The notes under the pieces: generated by a model
The model's database searches: none
Seen by the model: the letters and a program-made list of their open reading frames with translations, nothing else
What the model was told of the DNA's origin: nothing
Program-made: the position numbers and the translations under genes
Assembly: GCA_976551045.1 (NCBI GenBank)
Contig: CDPCPM010000238.1
Coordinates: 2,666,001-2,730,000 of the forward strand
Origin: Glaucostegus cemiculus
Taxonomy: Eukaryota
Direction: 5' to 3'
Length of the DNA stretch: 64,000 nt
In this document: in pieces, positions 34,901-47,236 of the stretch
How the letters are laid out: every line of letters begins with the position of its first letter
Numbering within the stretch: position 1 is the stretch's first letter

Positions 34901-37900
34901 TTACCAATGGGATTATCAGCGCCTCAGCAAGAATCGCTACCTTTGCACCCCCCCCCCCCCCCACAACTTTGTAATATATTTCAACATATCATTTGTCTTG
35001 TTAATTGCTTGGTAAATTTTCAGTCCGATGCGCAACGGCTCTTCTGAATAATAATTATTAAATTCACATCACTCAGGAAGTAATCCTTTTTTTCTATTCT
35101 TGCAACTTCGCACTTTGTCTTCTGCTTAATGTACATGACCTGCGGTGTATTCTTGGAACTTTTAAATAAGGATTGACAGATATTTGAAAATAAAGAGTTA
35201 CGATAGACAGAATAGACACTTCTGCACCACAATAGTCTGATATTTTACTCAATGAAATTAAAAGTTTGTCTGCTGAATGTAACATTTTTGAAAAAAAATC
35301 TTTGAAATATTAAGGACATTGTCACCCTACCGGTTCTGCGCTTTGACTTGGTTCCATCGAACTTGTATTAACATCTACAAAAATAACGTGATTAGCAAAG
35401 TTTGTGATAACAATGTCAACATAATGTATTTGAAGCTCATGATATTTATTGCCTGAAGTAAGGATTCCATTTCGCGCGGATATTTTTGAAAACATTTAGC
35501 AATGCTGGTTGTTGCAAGTTTATATTTATATCTTAGCTTCTCATACTCTTTACTGATGTTGTACCTAATGTAGTGGGGCTTGACATTGAAATAGTAAAAT
35601 GGTGATAGCATGCCACCAATTTTGATAGTCTCATAATTACAACGAAAATTCAAAGCACGAGGATTTAGATCAGGTCGCCTGCAAAGAAAATCAAAATCTA
35701 TATCAAGTTGTTTATGATTCAAGATACTTTCAAAAATGCAATAAATGAACAATTCCAGGTGGTTGAAAAATTGAGGTGTAGAAGATGAATGATTAATTGG
35801 AATGAGAAGATGAATTTTTATTTTAAGTTCCACTTCATTTTGTCAGAATCAGCTATCAGACACATGATGCTTTTGTTATGCCAGCTTAATAATTAACAAT
35901 GTTTTTTATTCTTCTATAGTCGATTAGCATTAACCTGCTGCTCCTGTTTGTTAAAAATACAATTAAGATGTTAACGCATTTCGTTTAATAAATGAAGGTC
36001 TTACCACATGACGCCTTTAATCTCCGTATTGTCAGAATTATAATTAGAACTAAAATTGCCAACCCGCCCGCTGCACACCCGAGAATCAGGACAATATGAG
36101 GCTCTACAGGAGAAACAGACAAATTAGAAGATGTAAAACCTATGCACATAGAGGTACACCGAGGAAATTGCGAAGCAGCAAAATAGAGCATTTCACGGTT
36201 GTTTTACAATTTCCATATACCGAATGGAACCACTGCAATTTAGTGATGAAATGTAAGAAAATCAAACAAACCCTCTTACTTAATGAGCAGGGTGCCTCTG
36301 TTTACAAATCAGGTGACTTACTAAGAGTAAAACGAGTCTTGCTTTTCTCTTTGAGTGCGACACTAAACAGTGGGCACAAGCTTTAAAAGTTACAAAGCCT
36401 TCCATATACCAGGACTGGCACCCAACACCTGTTTCTACAGCTTTTGAGGTGTAAGAAGAGTAAGTTGCATTTACTTTTGCATTTATAACCCTCCTGGCAT
36501 GTAGAAATAGTGTATACTCACAACATTTGACGGCGAATCGCAGACTAACAGATATCAGGAGAGTTGACCTGATCCTGCATGTAAAGGGCATGTAAACGTA
36601 AAGAACCCGCCTTTCATCCTAAAGAACACGTGTCTTGTTCCAGTCTTCTTCTTCTATGCCCCATCGTGTCTTTTTGCAGCTCAGAGCTGATTTATTTTGC
36701 TTAGGAACGCATCTGTTAAGTACCTTGAAGCTGTGCTCTGTCACAGGCACTATCTACATTCAACTTATCAATTCATCTTACGCGGATACAGTACAGAAAA
36801 CAAAATCAGCGCGGAATAATGCATTAGCTTGTTTGTAAATTGCTTTTCCATTGTGAATAAATGCGGTTCACATTTCCTCCTCATCCCATGTTTATACAGA
36901 TGTCCAGCTACATTTCCAAAACGGGTTATAGCCCTCTCTCTGTTTCCAGTCTTACCTCGCTCCACGGTGTAGTCGACTCTGGCGGGCACCGTAAGGGATT
37001 CATGCGAAACCAGGCAACTGTAAACGTCGTTGCTCCAGGCAGGCGAAGTTATTTCGAGAAAACTGGAAGCCTCATACAACCCCTCCATGCTGCGGGTTTT
37101 CACGTTTTCTATCCCGGTCAGAATCGTTACACCATTTCTAAGCCAGGAGAACAAACATTCCCCTGGATAAAAAGCAGCCGTTTTACACATGAGTTTTCGC
37201 GAATTCGGTGAAGCCTCTTCAACCAGAAACATTTTGAGGGGAGTTGGCCGAGCTGCAACAGAAAAATAGGTATGTTGAATGTTTTCTTGGCATGTCAATA
37301 AATACACTCTGGTTAGCCTTATCACCTCGCGATCCCGCAGTCCCACCTGCGATCGCTTCTAAACCTGTAGGTTTGGCTTTATCGTCAAATATATTCAAGC
37401 AATGCATGAGGAATGTGAAACTACTTGTAGGTACTGTGACGGGAATGCGCCGCTGTTCTGAATGGAAGTGCCGGATTTTCCACGCGGTAGCAGCTAGTAA
37501 CAAACTTCAGTGTTTACTTCAAAACTAGCTATTTTTAGACGTTTATTGCAAGGAATGAGATATGTATAATGGAGCGTCGTAGCGACAGACAGCACAGAAA
37601 TCAGTATGAACCCCCCCCCCCCCGGGGTTCACACTAACCATTAAGCATTCATCTCCACTTATCCCATTTTCATCCAGCATCCCGATAAACTAGCCCCATC
37701 CTTGCCCTTCAGTAGGTACTTATCCCGCCAGCCAGCATCCTTTGGCATTTGGAAGAGACCGGATCTCCGGAGGAAAATCCACGTGTGCACAGGGAGAATG
37801 TGAAATTGCAGGCAGAGAGCTCCCAAGGACATGATCGAACCTGCCGGCTGAAGCTGCGGACAGCTGTGCTAACCAGTGCGGAGCTGCATATATCGCACAG

Positions 37901-40297
37901 TCTGTAGCCGAGAGACAGGATTTGGTTACATGGATGGATTAGAGTTTGAGCTTTACTATAGTTTCGGCAGCTGTTCGGTGCCCTGGATGGAGATGTCAGT
38001 GACCTCAATGTTCACTGGGAGGGTTTTCCCCAGAACGCGATCTGACCGTTGTTGTATCTCCCAAGGCACGACAGAGTTATACTGATAATTAGTTATTGCT
38101 GTGCCAGTCGTAGAACCGATAATGATGAAGGGACGTGGATCAGGAATCCAAACTCACAGCGCATTTGTCCTGCACTGTTGCCCTTTCTAATACGTACAGT
38201 GTTGAGCTGAACACATTTAGTCTGAATAGCTTCTACTGATATCAGCTCTATATTTGTCATTTGCGAACATTGGTCTGCGTCAGTAAGATCTACAATCGGT
38301 GCTTAACTGGGATGAGAAACTATTTTTGAGGTGGTTTCAGAGTTTCTCACAAGCAATCTGTTTATTGTCTTCGTTTTTAACCTTCTTTAAGTTGTCTTCG
38401 TAACAACTTATTTATCAGCATTATTCTGAACTTCGGAAGAAACTGCAGTCTTTATTTCTCGGCCTCACTCAGTGCTCTGCCAGTTGAAGCTCAGAAGTTC
38501 TCCACGACATGACACGGACCTATTCTCTCTCAAACAAATACTTGGTGAGAGGTTTAGCGGAAAGCGCCGTTCTCTTCTCTCTCCAGAACTTCAGCCTCGG
38601 GTTTGAGTCGTGTAAAGAGAAATCACGAGGTGCAAGGACAGGAGCGCAGGCGCTTCCCCGAGAAACTGCTGCATCCTGCTGGTGTGTTGCAGAGGTTGAG
38701 TGTACAAAGGAAATCCTCTTGGAGTGAGACAGATGGAAATACGGGGATATTCGGTTCTGGGACTCAGGACTTGGATACCCCGACGACAAGCATCAAACCG
38801 CACCTCTCAACAGGTTATAAGATTCCTTTGTAAAATAACCATGGTGGTATGAAACGGGTTTCAGCTTCGGTTACAGACCGAGGACAAAGAGTAGATCATC
38901 CGAACCTGGAGGCCGCTCCGGTGTTCAGACAGTTCGCAGATGATTTGCGTGTCAGCCCCAATAACTGCATACCCTGCGACACCAAATCCGAACAAAACAG
39001 CTACACCTTAATCCTGAGAGGTCCATATGTTCATCTGTTTCCAGGGTGTAAGGGAAAATAGTCCCAGATTTCCGAGAATTCGGCGTAAGAGCTACTGGAT
39101 TTTCGATTGAAGCCCTGGCGCCAAAAACAGAACTCGTTTGTGAATTAACACAGACCGTGGGTGTACACTGTTCTTCTTAGAATGTTACTACTATGGTCTG
39201 GGGTGGAATGGTTGGTTTTTAATATTGCTTAAATTAACCGAATCAGGCTGAAGATGTTAATATTATTGCCTTGTGTTGTGAAGAGAAATCTGTACTTCCA
39301 GTCAGAGCCACCATTCCCACATCCATACCGCTTCAAAACCTTCCTTGAAAAACGATTCTAACAAAATTCTAGTCTGAGTCATTAGATTAAAAACTCTCTG
39401 CACTTCATAGGAATAACACAGGTTGAATCTGAATCTTGGGTAATAGAGTAAAATTGCTTGCGTGAATCAATCGGATGTTAATGGAAAAGACCCTCTGTGG
39501 AAAGACGGAATGAGGAACAGCACAAGTTTCCTCGCTCCACAGATGCCGCCTGAGGTGGTGATTATTTCCAGAGATTTCAGATTTTCGGTCCGTTGCTCAG
39601 TTTGCTTTTGGAGTTTAAACCGGGATCTGTTATCATCGGGTTTTTTCCGAGTGATAAACATTCATAATACGCCCATCAGCGATCTTATTTTATATCGCAG
39701 GGACGTTAAGTTCCCCCACTTACGGGACACTTACCGTACACAGTGAGGTTGGAGCCTGCTCCATCTCCGATAGACTGTTGCTGAGTTTTCACTTTGCAGT
39801 AATAGTTCCCGGAGTCTGTAGCTCTGGCATTCAGGATAACGAAAGAGGCGCCGCCCTTTTTAACAGTAAATTGTTTTCTGCTGTCTGGTTCCACAGGTCT
39901 CTCCTCGCCCTGTCTCCACCAAGAAACGTTAGGAGCAGTTTGTGGCATGGAGAATGAGCAGAACATAGAAACATTGCCTCCGCCGTGGACGGTCAGGTTT
40001 GCAGGGAATTGGTTCACTTTGCTCGATGTTACGTCGACGGCTGCCAGAAAATAAGCGAGAACATTGAAAACAGATGCGCCAAGTGGAGAAGGAAAAAGAA
40101 CCAAGAGATGCAAAACATGAAGATAACTTAGAAACAACAAGCGACTGGAGAAGCACTGTAAGTAAATTCGCGGTGGGTAACCAATGTGGAATATTCTAAA
40201 CAGTGTTTGATACACGGAAACAGCACAAATAACCGAACGTACCCTGCCAAACTGTAGCCAGAAGAGTCATGTACCGAAGTGATGCTTTAACCGACAT
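31784..40297 (-). CDS. IgSF inhibitory receptor, SIRP-like VJ-C1-TM-ITIM, copy 3 (351 aa)
   Basis: Exons 40243-40297, 39735-40040, 36956-37252, 36005-36103, 35331-35374, 33479-33589, 31784-31927; splice sites intact, frame open. Confidence 0.9.
33479..33589 (-). CDS. Copy 3 cytoplasmic exon 6 (two Tyr motifs)
   Basis: Same as copy 1. Confidence 0.85.
35331..35374 (-). CDS. Copy 3 cytoplasmic exon 5
   Basis: Same as copy 1. Confidence 0.8.
36005..36103 (-). CDS. Copy 3 TM exon
   Basis: Same translation as copy 1. Confidence 0.92.
36956..37252 (-). CDS. Copy 3 C1 exon
   Basis: Same translation as copy 1 (one synonymous change seen). Confidence 0.95.
39735..40040 (-). CDS. Copy 3 VJ-type V exon
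   Basis: One amino acid different from copy 2 (PNVSWW vs PHVSWW). Confidence 0.95.
40243..40297 (-). CDS. Copy 3 leader exon
   Basis: MSVKASLRYMTLLATVWQ, donor GTACGT. Confidence 0.8.
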
Positions 40298-40458
40298 ATT
40301 GCAAAACATTGATTTGGCCCCTTGCTGCGAATGAGGGAAGTGACCTCAACGGTCCGTGTAAGAACCTGTATTCATGAGCAACTATTTGACGCTTGAGATT
40401 GTGACATAGAATATCACATGACAGTGAAGCGGCTTCTGTTTTAACGGAGACCCCTCCT

Positions 40459-40725
40459 GGTGAGCACAATGCTTTACAACACAAGCGACCCGGGTTCAAA
40501 TCTAGCCACTGTCTGTAAGAAGTTTTTACCTTCTCCCCATGTCTGCATGGGTTTCCTCCGGGTGCTCCGGTTTCCTCTGACATTCCAAAGACGTACGGGT
40601 TAGGATGTTATGGGCGTACTATGTTGGCACCGGAAGTAGGGCAACACTTGCGGGCTGCCCCCCAAAATCAATACGCAAAAGATGTATTTCACTGTGTTTC
40701 GACGTACACTTGACTAATAAAGATC
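40459..40725 (+). mobile_element. HE1/V-SINE upstream of copy 3
   Basis: Paralog of 9770-10037; cctggtga occurs on both sides (possible target-site duplication). Confidence 0.88.
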
Positions 40726-43700
40726 TCCCTGGTGAAAATGTTCTATCTGAGTTACAATCCTCTCCCAGACTTTAACGTGGCACCGTGAGTACACGACAGA
40801 GGCACTCACAATATATGGCAATAGAGGATCCTGGGACCAGAAGCAATCTCTAAATGAACAAAATGCCGTTCATTCACGTATTGTATTAGTTATCTCCTTT
40901 CAAGTATATTTTCTGATACGCTGTTTCTGATATCTGTTTCAGCTGAAGATAGTGGACAATATTTCCAATTGATCCTCATCCCTGTTGTTTGTGATATATA
41001 TACTGCATATAAAAGACTGTACGATGTAGGGTATATTGAAGACTATAGTTAGTGTGTGAATGACACAAAAATTCGTGGTGGAATGGATGGTGGATTTGTT
41101 ATCTAAGGCTACAGAAGGACATGGAAGAGACGAAATGTTGGACAGAGCTTTGGCAGCTGAAATTTAATCCAGGCAAGATGCGTCTGGGGAAGGTAAGCAG
41201 AGATAGGACACACACAGAAAATAGTAGTGCACTAAGGAATGCTGGTGAACAGAAGAACTATCGATCCCTGAAAGTGGCAACAGGGTAGATAAGGAGGTAA
41301 AGAAGGCATATGACGTATTTGGTTTCATCGGCTGGGATAAAGAAAATAAAAGATGGGATCTTATGTTCCAAATTTACAAAACACCCGTTTGTCCGCATTT
41401 GGAGTGTTGTGTGCGGTTCTGGTCGTCACCTTTTACGAAGGATGTGGTTGGGCTGGAGAGAGTGAAGAGGGCATTCACCAGGATGTCGTATTGATTGGAG
41501 GACTTTAGTTACGGTGGGTGATTTGATAGCTGGGCTTGTTTTTATTGGAGCATAGGAGGATGAGGGGCAAACCTGCAGAGGCATATAATATGACAAGAGG
41601 CATAGAAAGGGTAGATAGTCAGAATCGATACCCCATTGTAGGAGTATGAAATAGGAGGTCATGGGTTAATTTGAAAGAGAAGAGTTTGCCAAAAGATTTG
41701 AGGGGAAATGTTTGTTTTTACACGAAGAGTAGTTGATATTTGGAACTCGTTTCCTGTTGCAATCTTATATGGTCTCTATATTTCAGATACATTTAGAGCG
41801 GCACTTTAACAGGCAAATCATAGAAGCAAAAGGAGTTTATCTAGGCAAGCGGGAATAGTTTAGGTGGGCAAATAGGTTAGCAGTTATGTACAGGGTTGAA
41901 GGACCCGTTATACACTGTCTAGTTCTTTGACTCTGTCGCCGTCACCACATCCAGGGATCTGAGCACACTTCCAGTTGAGCAGAGATTTTCCTCCATCCTG
42001 GTTTATCTCATCGTTGCTGGCGATGGGGCCTCCTTTACGTTGGTGAAACCAAGCGTAGACTTGTTGAACATTTTGCAGAGTACCTGCCGTCTGTCAGAAA
42101 TAGCCATCTTGAGTTTCCCGCTGCATGTAATTTCAACTCTCCCTCCCGTCCCCATACCAACCTATCTGTCTTTGGCCTTCTTCACTGCCGCAGTGAGTCC
42201 AGCGCAAACTAAAAGTACAGCACTTCAAATTCGACTCAGATGGCATGAAGATGGAATTTTCTATTTTTGGGTAACCCACTCAGCCCTTGCTCCTTTCTCG
42301 CTCCAAGGTTCTCTCTCCCTTTGTTTACTTCTACCATCCCCCCCCCCCGTTATTTAGACATCACCCTCCCAAACCTGGTTCCTCCCATCTGTCCATCATC
42401 CCTCACTTATCTGGTTCCACTTAGTACTTACCACCCCCTATCTCACCCCTCCCTCTCACTTCTATATACTACCTTCCATCTACACTCTCAGCCCTGATGC
42501 AGGGTCTTGACTCCATATCTCAGCCATCCGATTGTCTCCACAGACTCTGCTCGACCTGCTGAGTTCCTCCACTAGTTCAATTTATTATGCCAGATTCCAA
42601 TATCTGCAGTCTCTCTTGTTTACAAAATCTACATCTCGATCAGTTGTTCAAAAATGTTTTCTTGCCGATATCATTTTGTAAATGAAATACAGAAATTATA
42701 ATAATTAAAAGTTTTCAATGCAGTTTATCGGCATGATAGGGTTGAAGACCCTTAATCAGCAATTGCCAGTTCTGATAAAACCTGAAACTTAAAGTGGTTT
42801 CTTAGTCCACTGACGCGGCTTGACTAACTACGTTCTTCCATCATTTCTGTTTACGTTTCAGATTCCGGCATCTGCAATTTTATTTGTTCTCAACACGGTG
42901 TTCACTTGTTGGAACCGCATGTAGTTCCGTTTCCTACCACTGGGTGGGTTTTATCACATCACTGAGATTCCCCGTTGCTCAGTGGCGCAGCTCCGATCAG
43001 CTGTGAGGGCACGAACACGAGAGGCGCAGTCTGAGTGACTGCAGCGGTTGTCCGAATTTCAGAGGCGGCGCTGTTCCCAGAGTCAACGACACTAACGTAC
43101 AGTGGGCGCTGCTGGGCGATGGAGTTCCCTTGTGGAATAAAGTGTACAGGTGACAGTGGGGGTTGGATGGCATGTGCTCTAAAGGGTCGAGGATGGAGCC
43201 GGATGGTCGGGGCAGAAGGAAGAGGCAGCCGAAGCGGGAGGTTACGGAAATTAACCCTTTGTTGCTGGAAGCGAAGGAGAAAGTGATCGAGGCCTGGAGC
43301 CAGGTGCTCGAGTACTCGCAACGTGAGGGAAGTGCAGAGGGCCCTGGAATACGGGGCTGCAATGAGAGATAGGAGGTTCCGTGGGTGGACCAGCGGGAAC
43401 ATCGTGGCCGGAGTTCATGTATCAGCACGGCTCACTCTTGTTCGAGTCAGACAATCATGCATTCGGGTCTATTCGAAGATTGGGGCGCCTAATCTGGGCT
43501 GAGACTTTAGTGAAAGAGAATGTAAAAGCACAAGAAATAAGCAAACAAATACAGTTCTCAAATCATTGTCACGCTAAAGCAAGACTTTATTACTTCAGTG
43601 CTTCAACTCTCACTGTGGCACTTGCCTCCAAATTTCTCGCTGTACTTGAGTGTTTTATTTCTGTTTCTAATGAACCAGCGTCGAATGATTGTGTTCGCCC

Positions 43701-46700
43701 CCGTCCTACAACATCAACACTGACGAGTTTTGCACTGTTGAACAAATATTTCATGTTTCTGCTCTTCTTACCAAACTGGTAAACCCAATACTTCCCCACA
43801 TTATATCCCACCTGCCATCGATTCGCCTGCTCAGTCTTACTGTGTTGTAGATCCGCATTGCCCTCACAGCTCCGCGTTCACGGAGCTTTGTATAGTCAGT
43901 AAAGTTGGATACACTACACCAATTGGTAAATTCACCAATTTACATTGTAAGTAGCTGAGGCCCATATATGGGCTCCGTGTCAGATTATGACGAGTAGGGA
44001 GCCAATCTGAAAAGGTAACAACCTTAGTTTTATAGTAGTGTACCCGAGTAATCTTCCAGCAATCAGTATTTTCTCCTATTTCAGATACTATTTGTCTCCT
44101 ATTGTTTAAACCTCCAACACATTTCACCACTATACCACTCTCTCGATCTTTCCTGGTGTCTGACTTATCACAATTTCTTTTGTTCTTTCTCCACCTCCCC
44201 TCTTTCTGCATATTGTTATATTTCAACATTTTCCCAGTTCTGCTGAATGTTAATCAAACTGGAATATTAACCCGATGTCTCTTTCCTCTTGCCTGACTTG
44301 CTGAATATTCTCAGCATTTTCTGTCCCTTTAATGGTTTTACTTTTCTGTCTGTTCCAAGTACATTTTTTCGGAACCAGCCCCGCCTACGTGTTTTATTTT
44401 AGGGCTGCACTAAAGCATGCTGAGGAAGAATTGCTGATCAGATACCAGGGCTGTTTTCTCCACTATTGTCCACTAAGAGCAGACAGCGGGTGTATTCTTC
44501 AATGTCACACAACAGCAGTGCTGCACCAAAGTGTTTGTCAGTCTAGGTGACATTTCAGTCTTATAACATGATTCAGAGGTGACAGGACTGCTACTTTCTC
44601 CAAGCACACATTTGTAGACTTCTTCCAGCCACTGAGGGGTGCTGCCTGCACCACGATGGCATGCCAGTAATTTCTGAAGGCGGGAAATGTACTCTCAGGT
44701 TCTCTGATAAGGACCTTGAGAAACTTGTGCACCACATCATCCACAGGACGAACGTCCACTGTTCAAGAGGGTCAGGGGGCGCAGGCACGAGGGGTGTAGC
44801 TATTGTGATTGAAAACTTAGGGAGCGTTTTGTCAGGCCCATGCTCCCGTCCTCCTCCCCATGTAGTTGTTGACAAAAATAAGAAGCAACTTTCACTCACG
44901 TTTGCCGGGGTCATTTCTTGGAGCCGTTTGCAATTCTCAATCTTATATTGGGATAAAAAAAACATCTTAGCGGAACATAGATTTGATACAGGAGCAGAAG
45001 GTTTTACACTGGATAAAAAAACAGGCATCCTTTCTAATATGGCACATCTGGCAACTCTAACAGCAACCTTTCAGGACTATTGCCATATTGGAGCCCTACC
45101 TGACATCTTCCCGACGACGTGAGGGATCTGTAATGCAGAGTGAACATGTGACTGACTTATCTGATCCTCTGGGCTGATATACAAGTAGAGGAAGTGCGGT
45201 AGTGTGATGTAGAGAGGGTTAATGTCCTTCACAACCCCAATCTGGGAGTATTAGAAACCTATGAGGTGTAGCATATATCTGCAAAGGCACACTGGAAGGA
45301 TCATGAGTTTGGGAAGTTAAGTGGTAGACTTTGTCTTTCACCGTGAGAGCAGGCCAGACACATACGTCATTGGTTATAGAACAGTAAAAACAAGCCATTC
45401 AGTCCTCTGAGCCTGCATTAACCGTAAACGCCCATTAACCCTAATTCTACTAATTCTATATTAATCTAATTTTTGCTCTCCTAACATATATATATTGATA
45501 TAAAATATAATGTATTATATAAATAGAATATAATATACATATATAAATATATAATAGATAATCCATCCCGGCCACTTCTCGAAATTCACACCATCACAGA
45601 AGCCAGTCGTCAGCAAATTTGATCCACACCGCGTGATATTCAGGAAAGTATGAACCCACTAGATACATTAAAGGAAATGGCACCAGCCAACATTCCAGCT
45701 GGAGTTCTGAAGACCTGTGCTCAAGGACTAGCCAAGCCTTTTCAGTGCAGATCTGGGTGAAAGCGATGTTCAGGTGAAGTTATTGCAAAGGCATTGCTCT
45801 GCACTTTAGATTATTCCTTTTGTTCGGGAGAGATGACAAACTGCTGCTTGTTTGTCATTAATGGTTGACTAAAAGCTCCTACTGTTGCTCTTTGAAATGG
45901 TAGTTCTGTAGGTTAGGCAGTGAGTTTCCTTTTTACCCCAGTTATTGCCCTTGACAACCTACCATTGTACACCACAACAAAACTACATTATATCTCATGG
46001 TTCACTAGTTAATGTAGGTATCTCTCCGCTCCAGTAACAACTTAGTCCTAACTCCTGCGGCTACTGTTGTGGAGTTTGCATATTCTTCATCTGCCTGTGT
46101 GGGTTTTCCCCAGGTTCTTCAGTTCCCTCCCACTTTAAAACACGCTGGTTGGTTGCCTGCTGTAAATTGTCCCTGGTGTACGTGGGTAGCAGGAGTTAAG
46201 GGACATGGGAGAGAGAATCGGTTGCAGAGAAATGATGAATGGGACTTCCGAGAGCTGGCACAGATATGATAAGCCAAATGGCCTAATCATAATCAAGTAT
46301 GAAGTAGTACCAGCAGACCTGTACTAATTTACTTGCATGAGTGCATTTCTACCTGCTTCCAGCGGTCTGCAAATGCTGGCCAGACTTCACAGTTGTTCTT
46401 ATGCGCAGCAGTTACTTTATTGAAAGGCTGGTCTCCAATCCCAAATATTCTAGGTGATTATGGAGCCTGCAATTTGAATCTACTTTAAAATCTACCTATA
46501 CATGTCGAAGTCTTTCTGTACATATGTTTGAACCTGGAGAAAATGAAAACATTTCTATAGTGGGACTAGACTGCAACTTCTAGTTGTTCCGCCCGCTTCA
46601 GTTCAGCCCATGGTAATTGTTTAGGGAAGGGTGCATTTCTCTCGTGGTTCAGTGGTTGTAAATTCCTTCTCTGTTTTGTATGCAGGCAGGTGCCAATCAC

Positions 46701-47092
46701 AGCAACTAACAGACATGAAGCCTCGGGTGGATTTGAAAACAAAAGTAGTTTTAATACGTTGAAAATAACATTATTTTTAAGAAGTTGAATAAATGGGTAT
46801 TTGCTTACAGGACGGAAGTTATCATGCGCTGACCCTGCGAAATGTTAATAACATCACACTAAATGCACGGTGCACTTCCAGAAGACAACATAAGTGGGCG
46901 AGCGCAGGATTTGAATTTGCGCCCTGCGTAAAACTGCCTTGGACGTTAAAAACGCAGGTAGCTGACGGGCCGGTTTCCAACTCCGCCAGCTTATCGGCTG
47001 ACTGCTGAAGTTGGAAAGACCTCCTCCCTGCTCCCCTGTGATGTGGATCGTCAGTCCTTCGGCCGGCAGCAACACGCGATTTGGATCCTCCT

Positions 47093-47236
47093 TCATTCAC
47101 GGTCCCACGTTCTCTTTGAAGTATTTACACCTGCGTACACTGAGTGCTTGTCCTGATGTTTAGGTGCTGATGTTTTGTTGGATTTAGGAAGGTTCAGGGC
47201 GGCGTAAGTCAGTTTGTCAGCCCCGCCTCCTTTAGT
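47093..47236 (-). CDS. Copy 4 terminal ITIM exon
   Basis: Same translation as copies 1-3. Confidence 0.88.
   Translation of the reverse strand, partial: TKGGGADKLTYAALNLPKSNKTSAPKHQDKHSVYAGVNTSKRTWDRE

Larger units (their letters stand above)
30661..45969. repeat. Tandem duplication unit 3
   Basis: Near-identical to units 1/2; more private differences in ~42650-45600. Confidence 0.97.
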
